A DNA stretch of 64,000 nucleotides, taken from assembly GCA_963816395.1 (NCBI GenBank), contig CAWFKQ010000016.1, positions 96,001 to 160,000 on the forward strand, in the 5' to 3' direction. Made by a program: the position numbers and the translations under genes. The stretch's first letter is position 1, and each line of letters starts with the position of its first letter. This document shows, piece after piece, positions 1 to 10,774 of this stretch. Under the pieces are notes generated by a model. It did no database searches. It was not told where the DNA came from and was given only the letters and a program-made list of their open reading frames with translations. The stretch comes from an uncultured delta proteobacterium. GTDB lineage: Bacteria; Desulfobacterota; Desulfuromonadia; Desulfuromonadales; JACZKF01.

Positions 1-728
1 GGAAACTCAGGAAGGAGGACCGAGCGCCCGATCATCTCCTGTGCCATATTGACCAGATACGCGTTATGCGCAACTACCCCTCCGGTCATGACTACGCGCT
101 CGGACAGGGCATCCATCTCAAGAACGCGCCGGATCACTGAGTAGAAAATCCCTTTGACGATGTCGCTCACTTGCTTGCCATGACGAATGCTCTCCAGGAC
201 CTCCGTGGCGGAGAAGACCGTGCAGTAACTACCGAGTTTGACCATTTCCTGGGACTGACGGGCAAGATCGTTGAGTTCGTCCAGCGGAAGGTCAAGCCGG
301 CCCGCCATTTCCTCTAGGAACGCACCGGTTCCTGCCGCACACTTGCGGTTCATTTTGAAACTAGTGCGGCGGCCATTCCTATCAAGGTTAATGATTTTAT
401 TGTCCTGACCACCAACGTCTAGGATGGTAATGGCCTCGGGAAAATAGTGATAACAGCCCTTGGCAAGACAGCCGATTTCGGTCTTGCTCTTTTTAGTGAT
501 GAAAGGAACATTGGCGCGACCATAACCGGTAGAGACGGCCCCCACGATGTCACTGCGGGTTGCCCCGGCCATCGCGAGCGAGGTTTCCAGACAGACAGCT
601 GCGGTTGTGGAAAAGTCGACTCCTGATTTCTTAATGGCATGACCGAGCAATCGTCCTCGGGAATCGACAACAGCGACCTTGGTCCTTGATGCCCCCATAT
701 CCAAACCAACAAACACCGATATAGACAA
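1..728 (-). CDS. Acyl-CoA dehydratase activase (BadF/BadG/BcrA/BcrD ASKHA ATPase), 3' end runs off the window
   Basis: Manual translation from TTG at 728 (AAGGTGG upstream): VGLDMGASRTK...STGYGR...ILDVGGQDNK...MNRKCAAGTGAFLE...GSYCTVFSATE...VMTGGV. Absent from the ORF track because no stop falls in the window. Confidence 0.9.
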   Translation of the reverse strand, partial: MSISVFVGLDMGASRTKVAVVDSRGRLLGHAIKKSGVDFSTTAAVCLETSLAMAGATRSDIVGAVSTGYGRANVPFITKKSKTEIGCLAKGCYHYFPEAITILDVGGQDNKIINLDRNGRRTSFKMNRKCAAGTGAFLEEMAGRLDLPLDELNDLARQSQEMVKLGSYCTVFSATEVLESIRHGKQVSDIVKGIFYSVIRRVLEMDALSERVVMTGGVVAHNAYLVNMAQEMIGRSVLLPEF

Positions 729-852
729 AACAACCACCTTTTAGTGAAGTAAAATTATACAATTATGACGTTTTAATGCGTAATTGTGAGGTTTTGAAAT
801 AACTTAAAATAAAGGAAATTGATAACCCTGTTCTATTCTTAAGGACTGGTTA

Positions 853-868
853 TGCTTTTTCTGTGCCA
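853..868 (-). promoter_or_regulatory. Sigma-54 -24/-12 promoter for the activase gene
   Basis: Minus strand TGGCAC-AGAAA-AAGCA (GG-N10-GC), about 125 bp upstream of the start, next to a sigma-54 activator gene. Confidence 0.7.
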
Positions 869-921
869 AGGGGGAAAGCCTTTATTTCGCTGGGAGTTGT
901 TGGACGTCGGAATGGAAATCT

Positions 922-935
922 ACCAAATGTCGTAA
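922..935. promoter_or_regulatory. Putative enhancer (UAS) for the sigma-54 activator
   Basis: ACCAAATGTCGTAA matches ACCAAATTTCGTAA (6709-6722) at 13/14 positions; both lie upstream of a sigma-54 promoter. Confidence 0.55.
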
Positions 936-1014
936 TATTAAATTGAAATATTTGATAACTTGGTATATTTTTTCTAAATAAAGTAACTCGCAGGCAGAGA
1001 AAGGAGGAAATCCA

Positions 1015-2547
1015 ATGATCATCGATAAGGATGAATTTTTCCGTGAGGTTACACTTAGAATCAGCAGCAGTTTACAGATTGGAACCGCTCTCAGAAATGC
1101 GTTTGTTTATCTGCGGGACCATTTTCCCCTGGACGATATTTATCTCGACATGCTTGATCAGAACCTTGGAGCGATACGACGAATTGCGCATATCGCTGCT
1201 GTGGAGCAAGAAGCTCAAGAAGAAATAGTTCCACTCCCAGAAGGTCTTTGGGAGTGGTTGAAAAAAAAACGGTCACCCTTCATTGTCCTTCAAAAGGATA
1301 CTAAAAACTACATCCGTTCAATAGAACCTTTGATTAAGTTGAAAGGTAACTCGGATATATTACTTCCACTTCTGATAGATGGTGATCTGATAGGATTTTT
1401 GGTACTTAGATCTCGAGGCGAGAATAGATATACACCAGGCCATGTCGAATTATTAGCGACAGTTTCAGAGCCATTTTCCATCGCACTAGCTAATGCCCTA
1501 GCACATCAGACGGTTGTGAAGTATCGGGATACCCTCCTAGACGACAACCTTTTTCTAAAAAAGGAACTCTTTTCCCAGGTTGGAGACGAGATCATTGGTG
1601 GGAATTCTGGACTCAGGCACGTGATGGTGATGGTACGTCAGATCGCACCCCTTAACAATACGGTCCTGCTCATGGGTGAAACCGGTACGGGAAAGGAGGT
1701 GATCGCTAATGCGATTCATTTTGCCTCGGCGCGGAAAGATGGCCCTTTTATAAAGGTTAACTGTGGTGCCATTCCGATCGATTTGATTGATTCAGAACTC
1801 TTCGGTCACGAAAAAGGTGCGTTCACCGGTGCCGTTGCGGAAAAGCGTGGCCGATTCGAAAGGGCGGACGGTGGGACAATCTTCCTGGATGAAATCGGTG
1901 AACTTACTCCCCAAGCCCAGGTTCGACTTCTGCGTGTTCTCCAGAATCATGAGATCGAGCGGGTGGGGGGTAACAGGCCCAAACGTGTGGATATCAGGGT
2001 AATTGCTGCAACGCATCGCAACTTGGAAGGAATGGTCTTGGAGAACCAATTCCGCGAGGACCTTTGGTTTCGGCTGAACGTTTTTCCAATTATATTGCCA
2101 CCTTTGCGACAAAGGACTGAGGATATTCCAAAGCTGGTAACGCACTTTATCGTCCAGAAAAGTCGGGAGTTGGGGATTGCCCCCCAATCCGTCGTCGCAC
2201 CTGGAGCATTAGAACGGCTCATGCGCTACAGTTGGCCGGGCAATGTCCGTGAGATGGAAAATCTTGTGGAAAGGGAGATCATTCGGCACAGGGGGGAAAA
2301 GCTTATGTTCGATACGTTACTCACCGAGGAAGGGAGCAAGGACTTGTCTCGGGAGGAAGAGAACGGCCTTGAACTCCCCTTACGGCTCGATGAAGCCATG
2401 GCCTATCACATCAGCAGAGTACTGAAAATAACCAAGGGAAGGATTAACGGTCCCGGAGGCGCAGCGGAAATTCTCGGGATAAATCCTAACACTCTTCGGG
2501 GCCGCATGAAAAAGCTTAGTATAAGCTATGGCCGTGGCAAAGGATAA
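1015..2547 (+). CDS. Sigma-54-dependent Fis-family activator (GAF-AAA+-HTH)
   Basis: GETGTGKE Walker A, GAFTGA, FLDEIGE, WPGNVRE, C-terminal [28 protein letters not shown]. Confidence 0.95.
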   Translation: MIIDKDEFFREVTLRISSSLQIGTALRNAFVYLRDHFPLDDIYLDMLDQNLGAIRRIAHIAAVEQEAQEEIVPLPEGLWEWLKKKRSPFIVLQKDTKNYIRSIEPLIKLKGNSDILLPLLIDGDLIGFLVLRSRGENRYTPGHVELLATVSEPFSIALANALAHQTVVKYRDTLLDDNLFLKKELFSQVGDEIIGGNSGLRHVMVMVRQIAPLNNTVLLMGETGTGKEVIANAIHFASARKDGPFIKVNCGAIPIDLIDSELFGHEKGAFTGAVAEKRGRFERADGGTIFLDEIGELTPQAQVRLLRVLQNHEIERVGGNRPKRVDIRVIAATHRNLEGMVLENQFREDLWFRLNVFPIILPPLRQRTEDIPKLVTHFIVQKSRELGIAPQSVVAPGALERLMRYSWPGNVREMENLVEREIIRHRGEKLMFDTLLTEEGSKDLSREEENGLELPLRLDEAMAYHISRVLKITKGRINGPGGAAEILGINPNTLRGRMKKLSISYGRGKG

Positions 2548-2614
2548 ATACAGACGAGCTGGCAGTATGCTGCATGAGGATCTTCGTTTTCCGCTCGATT
2601 TAGCCCCTGCCTTT

Positions 2615-2660
2615 GCCTCTAGCCTCTAGCCTCTAGCCTCTAGCCTCTAGCCTCTAGCCT
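2615..2660. repeat. Heptanucleotide tandem repeat (GCCTCTA)x6 plus partial unit
   Basis: Read directly in the convergent intergenic region. Confidence 0.95.
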
Positions 2661-2754
2661 AGTGTCCATCCGGAAAGTCCGGGATCATCTTCGGGCACGG
2701 GCTACGGTTTCAGCATAACTATTACCGCAAACCACGCTCCCAATAGTAGAATTC

Positions 2755-3735
2755 TTAACCAAAAACCAGTTTTTCCAAGGAGTCTTTGACCAGGACACGG
2801 GTCAGTTCTTTCCGATAGCTTGAGGAAACCTCCACATTGGATACGGTTTTGGTTTGTTTTTTTGCAAATTCAGCCAGTTGTTCGATTGCCTCGTGCGTCA
2901 ATTTTTTTGCTGCCGAGAAATCTGCCGGGGGCAAGATCAACAAGGGTGAGGACCCCACGCCGGTAATAGCGATGCGTACCCCCGAATTAGCGTTTATCTC
3001 TTCCTTGATGACAGCCGCAACACCCACGATGGGGAAGTCAAGAGCTCCGCGTTTTCGGTACTTGAGGTATGTGCCCTGTTGCCCGGGAGCGGATCCGGGA
3101 ATGATCACCTCCGCGAGCAGTTCCCCGGGATGCAAATCAATGTGGTGCATGCCATCATCAATGAAAAACTTTTCTATGGGTATTATGCGCTCTCCACGGG
3201 AGCTCACCAGCCGAACCTGTGCACCCAGGGCGAGGAGTGCCGCCGCCGTATCACCGCAGTAGAGCGCGTAGCAACGTTTGCTCCTCTTCGCCATGTAGCA
3301 GACTGAGCCGCCGTTTTTAAAGCAGTTCGAACGGGCTTGCCTCCATGAATTCCCCTGCTGGAAGTACCAGCAGCGAGGTTCTAGGCAGATGTTGCCACCG
3401 ATGGTCCCCATGTTCTGAAGTTGGGCCGCCCCGACTGCGAGAGCGGCTTCAACGAGGATAGGATAGCGGTCTTGTACAAGATCCGAGCGCCGCACCTGAG
3501 TAAGGGTTGCCAGGGCTCCCACATGCAGGTTTTCTCCAACTAACCTAATATCGGCCAGCCCCTCTATCTTTTTCAGGCTGATAAGGCATTCTGGTTTCGC
3601 TACGCCATACTTCATACGCACTAAGAGGTCGGTGCCTCCGGCGATTATCGATGCCTTTTCCTCATTTTCCGCCAGAAGGAGAAAAGCCTCGGAGAGGGTT
3701 GTTGGCTCTAAATATGCAAATTTTTTTAATCTCAT
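2755..3735 (-). CDS. Xanthine-oxidase-family FAD subunit, 4-hydroxybenzoyl-CoA reductase beta (HcrB)-like with Cys-rich insertion
   Basis: IIAGGTDL, QNMGTIGGN, insertion CLEPRCWYF...CFKNGGSVC...KRCYALYCGD as in the HcrB [4Fe-4S] insert; RKRGALDFP. Confidence 0.85.
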   Translation of the reverse strand: MRLKKFAYLEPTTLSEAFLLLAENEEKASIIAGGTDLLVRMKYGVAKPECLISLKKIEGLADIRLVGENLHVGALATLTQVRRSDLVQDRYPILVEAALAVGAAQLQNMGTIGGNICLEPRCWYFQQGNSWRQARSNCFKNGGSVCYMAKRSKRCYALYCGDTAAALLALGAQVRLVSSRGERIIPIEKFFIDDGMHHIDLHPGELLAEVIIPGSAPGQQGTYLKYRKRGALDFPIVGVAAVIKEEINANSGVRIAITGVGSSPLLILPPADFSAAKKLTHEAIEQLAEFAKKQTKTVSNVEVSSSYRKELTRVLVKDSLEKLVFG

Positions 3736-6062
3736 GGGTTTCCCTCCGCAACATTCTTACACGACGCCTTATCTCTCAAGGCCTTAAGCACTTTCTCCGG
3801 GGTTGCGGGAAGGTCCGTAATCCAGACCCCGATGGCATTGTGGATGGCGTTGACGATTGCCGGGATGGTGGAGACTTGGGTTCCCTCTCCTGACTCCTTG
3901 GCACCAAATGCCCCCACTGGATCAATACTTTCGATTGACAATGAGACCATCTCTTCCGGGACGTCATAGACCGTGGGGAGACCATAGGCAGTAAGGCTCG
4001 GAGTAAGGTTCTGCCCCTTATCCTCTATACAGTGCTCATAGATAGTGTGCCCGACTCCTCCTGCGATAGACCCTTCGTGCTGTCCCTCAACCGCGAGGGG
4101 ATTCAGAGCGAATCCCAAGTCATGGGCCACCACCATCCGTTGGACAGTCACCTTCCCCGTTTCAGTGTCCACCTCAACCCAAGCAGCCTGAGTGCCGAAG
4201 CTGTAGGCGCCGCCCGCGTCCCCCTCCCCGGTCTCGAAATTCAGGGGGGGGATGCTCTGCCCCCAGCTTCCTTGTCCAATGACCGTAGTACCCGAACCCC
4301 AGGATACGGTCTGGCGGGCAAGATCTCGGAAACGGAGCGCCCTTTCAGGCTCTCCCCTGACAAACACCTTGCGGTCACGGAACTCGATGACATCCGGGTT
4401 TGCCCCAAGCAGTTCCGCAGCCACCTTAAGCAGTTGCCGCCTTGCATCCTTGGCTGCAATCAATACGGCGTTGCCTGCGGTTGAGCTTACCCTGCTGCCG
4501 AAACTCCCCGGATCGACCGGAGTAACAGTGCTGTCTGTCTGGGGGACAAAGACATCCTCCAGTCGAATCCCCATGACTTCGGCCACGATCATGGCAAGTA
4601 CTGTTTCGGACCCCTGGCCGGAATCGGTCGATCCCGTCAGCAGCGACACTGTCCCATCCTCATGTACTTTGATGACTGCTGTGCAACAGTTGTGACCAGT
4701 TAGGCGGGCACCGGACTCGAACGAATTGCAGGCGATACCTACTCCTTTGGCAATTCGGCCGAGCGGAATGTTTTTCTTCTCCCGCCAGGGCCTATACTCA
4801 GTCTGCCAGTCCGCGGCCCTGACCGCCTTGGTGATGGTCTCCTGAAGACCGCAGCTTTTGACATGCATCCCGCTAGGGGTTCTGTATCCAGTATATGCCG
4901 CGTTCATCTCACGAATTTTCACTGGATCCAGACCGAGATCATCGGCAATCATTTCGAGTTGGACATCTGCGGCGAAGCGGATCTGCTGGATTCCGTTCCC
5001 CCGCTGGGCCACCGAAATGGGCCGATTTGTATACATACGGAAAGCCTCATATCTTACGTTGGGCACAATGTAAGGGAGGTTCAAAAAATAGAATGCGTTG
5101 GCAATTGTGCTTGGTCCCACACCTGTTCCGGCCCCGCCATCTGCGATGATGCGGCAATCATGCGCGAGCAGCGTACCGTCTTTTTTAACTCCAGTTTTTA
5201 ACCAGACAATCATCGGGTGCCGCCGGCGATGGGCGGAGAGCACCTCTTCCATGGTAAGCACGACCTTCACCGGACGGCCTGATTTCTTGGAAAGCATAAC
5301 GGCACAAAAATCGACCGGATACCCCCCGTTCTTTCCTCCGAATCCTCCTCCAATATAAGGCTGGATGAGGCGGATATTGCTCAGCGGCACTTTGAAGCAG
5401 TTAGACAAATTTCGGTAAAGGAAATAGGGGCTTTGTTTGGAGGCCCAGATAGTGATTCGGTTAGGAGCCTCCCAGATTGCCAGGGCTGCATTTGGTTCCA
5501 GAAAACCGTGCAGCACGGATTGGCTATAGAAACGGTCTTCGCGGATATAATCCGCCTGCCGGAAGGCCTCTTCAACATCACCGAAGCTGGTTTTCATATG
5601 AACACTGATATTGCCGGGCTTGTCCTCGTGGATCAGGGGGGCTCCATCCCTCAAGGCTGCCTCCGGATCCACTACTGCCGGCAAGACCTCGTAATCCACT
5701 TTTATCAGCTCCAGTGCCTCCAGCGCCGTATCCTCGTCCACGGCCGCCACGGCAGCCACCTCTTCACCGAGGTAACGGACCTTGCCCCGGGCAAGCGGAT
5801 ATTCGTCCCTGGTATCAGGACGCAATCCGTACCGATATTCACCAAAGTCCTCTCCCACGATAACCGCATGAACACCGAGGAGCTTCTCCGCTTGAGAGGT
5901 ATCGATTCGCAAAATCTTTGCGTGTGCATAGGGACTGCGTAAAATCTTTCCATGTAACATTCCCGGGAGCGACAGGTCGTCGGTGAACCGAGCAGTACCC
6001 GCCGCCTTAACAGGTCCATCTACCCTGGGCAAACGCTTACCGAGCACAGCATATTCAGACAT
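3732..6062 (-). CDS. Xanthine-oxidase-family molybdopterin subunit (HcrA-like)
   Basis: Start moved to ATG 6062 (MSEYAVLGKRLPRVDG); LRSPYAHA, IGGGFGGK, DSGQGSET, GSFGSR, GAKESGE. Confidence 0.9.
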   Translation of the reverse strand: MSEYAVLGKRLPRVDGPVKAAGTARFTDDLSLPGMLHGKILRSPYAHAKILRIDTSQAEKLLGVHAVIVGEDFGEYRYGLRPDTRDEYPLARGKVRYLGEEVAAVAAVDEDTALEALELIKVDYEVLPAVVDPEAALRDGAPLIHEDKPGNISVHMKTSFGDVEEAFRQADYIREDRFYSQSVLHGFLEPNAALAIWEAPNRITIWASKQSPYFLYRNLSNCFKVPLSNIRLIQPYIGGGFGGKNGGYPVDFCAVMLSKKSGRPVKVVLTMEEVLSAHRRRHPMIVWLKTGVKKDGTLLAHDCRIIADGGAGTGVGPSTIANAFYFLNLPYIVPNVRYEAFRMYTNRPISVAQRGNGIQQIRFAADVQLEMIADDLGLDPVKIREMNAAYTGYRTPSGMHVKSCGLQETITKAVRAADWQTEYRPWREKKNIPLGRIAKGVGIACNSFESGARLTGHNCCTAVIKVHEDGTVSLLTGSTDSGQGSETVLAMIVAEVMGIRLEDVFVPQTDSTVTPVDPGSFGSRVSSTAGNAVLIAAKDARRQLLKVAAELLGANPDVIEFRDRKVFVRGEPERALRFRDLARQTVSWGSGTTVIGQGSWGQSIPPLNFETGEGDAGGAYSFGTQAAWVEVDTETGKVTVQRMVVAHDLGFALNPLAVEGQHEGSIAGGVGHTIYEHCIEDKGQNLTPSLTAYGLPTVYDVPEEMVSLSIESIDPVGAFGAKESGEGTQVSTIPAIVNAIHNAIGVWITDLPATPEKVLKALRDKASCKNVAEGNP

Positions 6063-6097
6063 AACATCTCTCCAATAGAACAGAAATTCTTTTTTTC

Positions 6098-6565
6098 TCA
6101 GATTAACTTTGCTGCAGCGCCTTCGATCGCCTCCACTACCTTTGCGTATCCGGTACACCGACAAAGATTCCCCGAAATTGCCCGGCGAATTTCGTCTCGA
6201 TTTGGTTGTGGATTTTCATCAAGCAGAGCTTTAGCCGATAAAATCATACCGGGGGTACAGAACCCACACTGAACAGCGCCGCAATCGACGAAACTCTTCT
6301 GGATGAAGTCGGGACGATCACCATCGCCCAAAGCTTCGATAGTCAGAATCTCCTTTCCCTCCACCCCTACCGCTAGGGTTAAGCATGATAAGATCGCCTT
6401 CCCATCGATGATGACTGTACAGGCGCCACAGTCGCCGACACGACAGGCTCTCTTGGTGCCCGTAAAACCTAATTGCTCTCTGAGAACCTCAAGGAGCGTT
6501 CGCTGCGGCGCCACTGCCACCGCGTACAGCTTTCCATTTACCTTCAAGTGAATTAATTTTTCCAT
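6098..6565 (-). CDS. Xanthine-oxidase-family 2x[2Fe-2S] subunit (HcrC/CoxS-like)
   Basis: GTKRACRVGDCGACTV, QCGFCTPG, GNLCRCTGY. Confidence 0.95.
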   Translation of the reverse strand: MEKLIHLKVNGKLYAVAVAPQRTLLEVLREQLGFTGTKRACRVGDCGACTVIIDGKAILSCLTLAVGVEGKEILTIEALGDGDRPDFIQKSFVDCGAVQCGFCTPGMILSAKALLDENPQPNRDEIRRAISGNLCRCTGYAKVVEAIEGAAAKLI

Positions 6566-6649
6566 AAATGCTCCTCTTCAAGCCCCATCTAAAAGTGCGG
6601 CTGCCTGTTTTGTGTAACCAGCCAAATTGTCAAAATATGGGAGGATCTG

Positions 6650-6665
6650 TGCTTGAAACATGCCA
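6650..6665 (-). promoter_or_regulatory. Sigma-54 -24/-12 promoter for the hcrCAB-like operon
   Basis: Minus strand TGGCAT-GTTTC-AAGCA (GG-N10-GC), about 85 bp upstream of the 2Fe-2S gene. Confidence 0.7.
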
Positions 6666-6708
6666 ACAGCGTATTTTCGGGGTCGTGCAGCGGGTACGAA
6701 GGAAAATA

Positions 6709-6772
6709 ACCAAATTTCGTAAATTTATTTTACAAATTTGGTGAAACTATTCGTGGGTACCAAATACAGTAA
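6709..6772. promoter_or_regulatory. Cluster of putative enhancer sites
   Basis: ACCAAATTTCGTAA (6709), inverted TACAAATTTGGT (6731) and ACCAAATACAGTAA (6759). Confidence 0.5.
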
Positions 6773-6968
6773 CCGACAATAGTGTAAATAAGGATAAGTC
6801 TTTCCGAAGGAGACGGGAGGACTTGCAACTGGATCAGTACAGCAGAAAACCCCCGGGTAATCGGTAAGGAGCACCAGCCTTCAAGGACGGGGATGGATGG
6901 CCGATTCCAGAAAGGCCAATCTCCTGCCCCCGCATTCTAAGTAGTTTGTATAGGGTTAAACTGATGAC

Positions 6969-7529
6969 ATGCGCTACTTCGACCTGCTGGCCCCGTTCTA
7001 CGACCATTTCATGCCCGCCCCGGATCCCGACCTGTGGCTGGAGGTGCTGCGCCTTCCCGCCGCCGGGCCGCTGCTCGACCTGGGCGGGGGCACCGGGAGG
7101 ATAGGGGCCGGACTGCGCCGCCTGGTGGCGCCGGTGGTGGTTGTCGATGTGTCCCGGCGGATGCTGGGCAAGGCCCGGTGCAAAGGAGGGTTGGAAACGG
7201 TGCAGGCGGACGCAGCACGCCTGCCGTTCGGCGACGGTCTCTTCCCACGGGCGGTGGTCGCGGACGCCCTGCACCATTTCCCGGACCAGGAGGCGGCCAT
7301 CCGTGAGTTGCTCCGGGTACTGGCTCCCGGCGGGCGGCTGGTCATCGAGGAGTTCGACCGCCGCCGGCTGCCGGCAAAGATCCTGGCCCTGACGGAAAAG
7401 GCCCTGCTCATGGGCAGCCGGTTCCTGCTTCCCGAGGCGATCTGCCGGATGCTCCGGGCCGGCGGTGGGCAGACGGCCATTCGCCGGGGACCGCACGGCA
7501 CCGTCTGGATCGTTGCAGACAAGCCCTGA
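6969..7529 (+). CDS. Class I SAM-dependent methyltransferase (UbiE-like)
   Basis: LLDLGGGTG, VVVDVSRRML, ADAARLPF, RVLAPGG. Confidence 0.9.
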   Translation: MRYFDLLAPFYDHFMPAPDPDLWLEVLRLPAAGPLLDLGGGTGRIGAGLRRLVAPVVVVDVSRRMLGKARCKGGLETVQADAARLPFGDGLFPRAVVADALHHFPDQEAAIRELLRVLAPGGRLVIEEFDRRRLPAKILALTEKALLMGSRFLLPEAICRMLRAGGGQTAIRRGPHGTVWIVADKP

Positions 7530-7571
7530 CCCACGGCCCTCGCAGGGCGGGAGAGTGTCCCCGTATTCTAT

Positions 7572-8087
7572 CTAGTCGATCTTGCAGTAAGCCGTAGTGG
7601 GGGCATTACAGACCGGGCAGGGGCCGGGCGGCTCCCCCTCGACGGTGTGGCCGCAGACCTTGCAGACGTAGAAATCCGCCCCCGGCTCCTCTCCCTTTTC
7701 CAACTGCTCCAGGGCCTTTTGAAAAAGCCTGGCATGCGCCTGCTCCACGGCATGGGCATAGGAAAAGATCCGGTGCGCTCCCTCGATTCTCTCCTCCATG
7801 GCATGGGCGATCATGGCTGGATACATGACGGTGGATTCATGGGTTTCCCCGCCGATGGCTGCCCGCAGATTGTCCGCCGAGGAGCCGACGCCGCCGAGGA
7901 TTTTCAACTGGGCGTGGGCGTGAATGGTCTCGGCTTCGGCCACCGCCCGGAACAGCCTGGCGAGGCCGGCATGACCCTCCCGCTCCGCCTTGATGGCGTA
8001 TGCCAGGTAGCGCCGGTTGGCCTGCGACTCCCCGGCAAAGGCTTCCCGCAAGTCCTTCTCGGTTCTGGTCCCGCTGATTTTCTGCAT
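7572..8087 (-). CDS. rbr: Rubrerythrin
   Basis: AFAGESQANRRY, AEAETIHA, E-x-x-H di-iron motifs, C-terminal CKVCG...CPVC rubredoxin knuckle; start MQKIS at 8087. Confidence 0.92.
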   Translation of the reverse strand: MQKISGTRTEKDLREAFAGESQANRRYLAYAIKAEREGHAGLARLFRAVAEAETIHAHAQLKILGGVGSSADNLRAAIGGETHESTVMYPAMIAHAMEERIEGAHRIFSYAHAVEQAHARLFQKALEQLEKGEEPGADFYVCKVCGHTVEGEPPGPCPVCNAPTTAYCKID

Positions 8088-8159
8088 GGGCTGCTCCCTT
8101 CTTTTTTGATGTCCGGAAATTTTTGCCCTTAGCTGCGCCGGGAAAGAATCCACCCCCGA

Positions 8160-8858
8160 TCAGGACGGGGTCCCGCAAACCAGTCCACGGATCAATTCAT
8201 TGCCCGCCCCCGGCTTCTCCGCCACCAGGACCTCCGAGGCCAGCCCCCATCGGCTGAGCCGATCATGGAACCGAAGCTTCCAGGCCGGACCGGCGATCAA
8301 CTCCGAGAGGCTGACCGGCCGGCAGCCGCCGACCAGCTGCGGGTGGAGGGCATGGAGGGCGGTCCAGAGGTGCTCCACCAGGCGGGAGCCCGGGGTGAAG
8401 CCGTGCGTCAGGCTGACCAGACCCAGGAGACCGCCCGGTGCCAGGACCCGTTGCGCTTCCTGCAGCAGGAGCCGGATGTCCTCCCAGCTCAGCAGGTCGA
8501 GCACGTAGGTCGACAGGAAGCGGTCGAAGGTCCCCTCGCCGATATCGAGGCGGGGGGAGCCGTTCGCCAGGCGGACCTGGGCTCGGGCGCCGAAGGGGGC
8601 CAGGCGCTCTTGCGCCAGGGCAACCATGGTCTCGCTGATGTCGATACCGAGGTAGCACGCCTCCGCCGGCAGGCTCCCGGCGAGAAGGGTAGCCGCCATG
8701 CGGCCGGTGCCGCAGCCGAATTCAAAAACGGCGCGGGCTTGGCCGAGATCTGCGTGAAGCAGGAGGGCATTGACGGCGGCATCCTCATAAAAACCCTGCC
8801 AGTCCTGCTTCCGGCCGAAGCGGTCGTAAAATGTCTTGGCCTGGCGATGCGACAGCAT
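8160..8858 (-). CDS. Class I SAM-dependent methyltransferase
   Basis: VFEFGCGTG, GIDISETM, RVLAPGG. Confidence 0.88.
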   Translation of the reverse strand: MLSHRQAKTFYDRFGRKQDWQGFYEDAAVNALLLHADLGQARAVFEFGCGTGRMAATLLAGSLPAEACYLGIDISETMVALAQERLAPFGARAQVRLANGSPRLDIGEGTFDRFLSTYVLDLLSWEDIRLLLQEAQRVLAPGGLLGLVSLTHGFTPGSRLVEHLWTALHALHPQLVGGCRPVSLSELIAGPAWKLRFHDRLSRWGLASEVLVAEKPGAGNELIRGLVCGTPS

Positions 8859-8888
8859 ACTTTTTCAGCCCAGCAACTTGTGGTCCGC

Positions 8889-9608
8889 TCAGGCGCCGAG
8901 TCGGTCAGCCAGTTCCGGGAAATCCCGGGCCACAACATCGAACGCCGAACCCTCCGCCGGCTCCGGCAGCCGGCCGGGACCGTATTCGAGGGGCCGCGGT
9001 ACATAGGCCGTACGGAAACCGGCGGCCCGCGCCGCCTGCAGGTCATACGGATGCGCCGCCACCATCATCACCCGGTCGGGAGGCAGGCCCAGCCAGTCCG
9101 CGGCGCACCGGTAAACGGCCGGAGCGGGTTTGTAGGTGCCGGCGAACTCGGCGGAAAGGATCGCATCCCAAGGGAGGGCGGCATTTTTGGCCATGCGGAT
9201 CAACAGGGCGGCGTTGCCGTTCGACAACGTCGCCAGGAGAAATCGGGCCCGCAGCCGCTGCAGGCCGCCGATGACATCGGGCCAAGGTTCGAGCCGCTGC
9301 CAGACCTGGTTGAAGTCGTCGATCTCCGCCTCACTCCAGCCGCCGAGTAGGTCGAATTCGGCCAGCAGCTCCAAAAGAACCTGGCGCTGGAGTTGGGCCA
9401 GCGGTCGGAAGGGAAGGGCGCCCTGCCGGATCGTCTCCATCAGAGGCCGGCAGCGAGAACGCCAGGCATCTGCGAACTGCTCCCAGTTCGCCGGCCGGGC
9501 GAGGCTTCCCTGCCGCTTCTCGCCGGCGCGGAGGATGGCGCTGCGCCAGTCGACCACCGTCCCGAAGACGTCGAAGGTGAGAGCCTGGACCGGAGAGAGC
9601 GGGCTCAT
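8889..9608 (-). CDS. Haloacid dehalogenase type II family hydrolase
   Basis: FDVFGTVVDW, TLSNGN, YKPAPAVY, MVAAHPYDL. Confidence 0.9.
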   Translation of the reverse strand: MSPLSPVQALTFDVFGTVVDWRSAILRAGEKRQGSLARPANWEQFADAWRSRCRPLMETIRQGALPFRPLAQLQRQVLLELLAEFDLLGGWSEAEIDDFNQVWQRLEPWPDVIGGLQRLRARFLLATLSNGNAALLIRMAKNAALPWDAILSAEFAGTYKPAPAVYRCAADWLGLPPDRVMMVAAHPYDLQAARAAGFRTAYVPRPLEYGPGRLPEPAEGSAFDVVARDFPELADRLGA

Positions 9609-9704
9609 CGCGGGCCTCCGCTATTCTCTCGGTGCTGCACAGTCATTTACCGGTCCCGCCATGGTTCCGGAAAAAGAGGATTTCACCTGGAAGCTTTTTC
9701 CCCT

Positions 9705-10694
<990 letters not shown>

Positions 10695-10774
10695 TGCGTT
10701 CTCCCTTTCGGCTCTCCCGAGCCAGGTTTTTACTTACTACCTCACTATCTCACGGCAGTCACTGCAGTCAAGGC

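Noticed and set aside
2615..2660. CRISPR array
   Set aside because: It is a 7-bp tandem repeat without spacers, and there are no cas genes in the window.
2755..6565. Aerobic CO dehydrogenase (coxMSL)
   Set aside because: It lacks the AYRCSFR loop, and the gene order and FAD-subunit insert fit the Hcr-like group better.
6790..6930. Possible Moco riboswitch upstream of the Mo enzyme (minus strand CCTCCCGT...GGAAAG)
   Set aside because: Only a partial 3' resemblance, and it lies upstream of the predicted sigma-54 promoter. An Rfam cmsearch would be needed.
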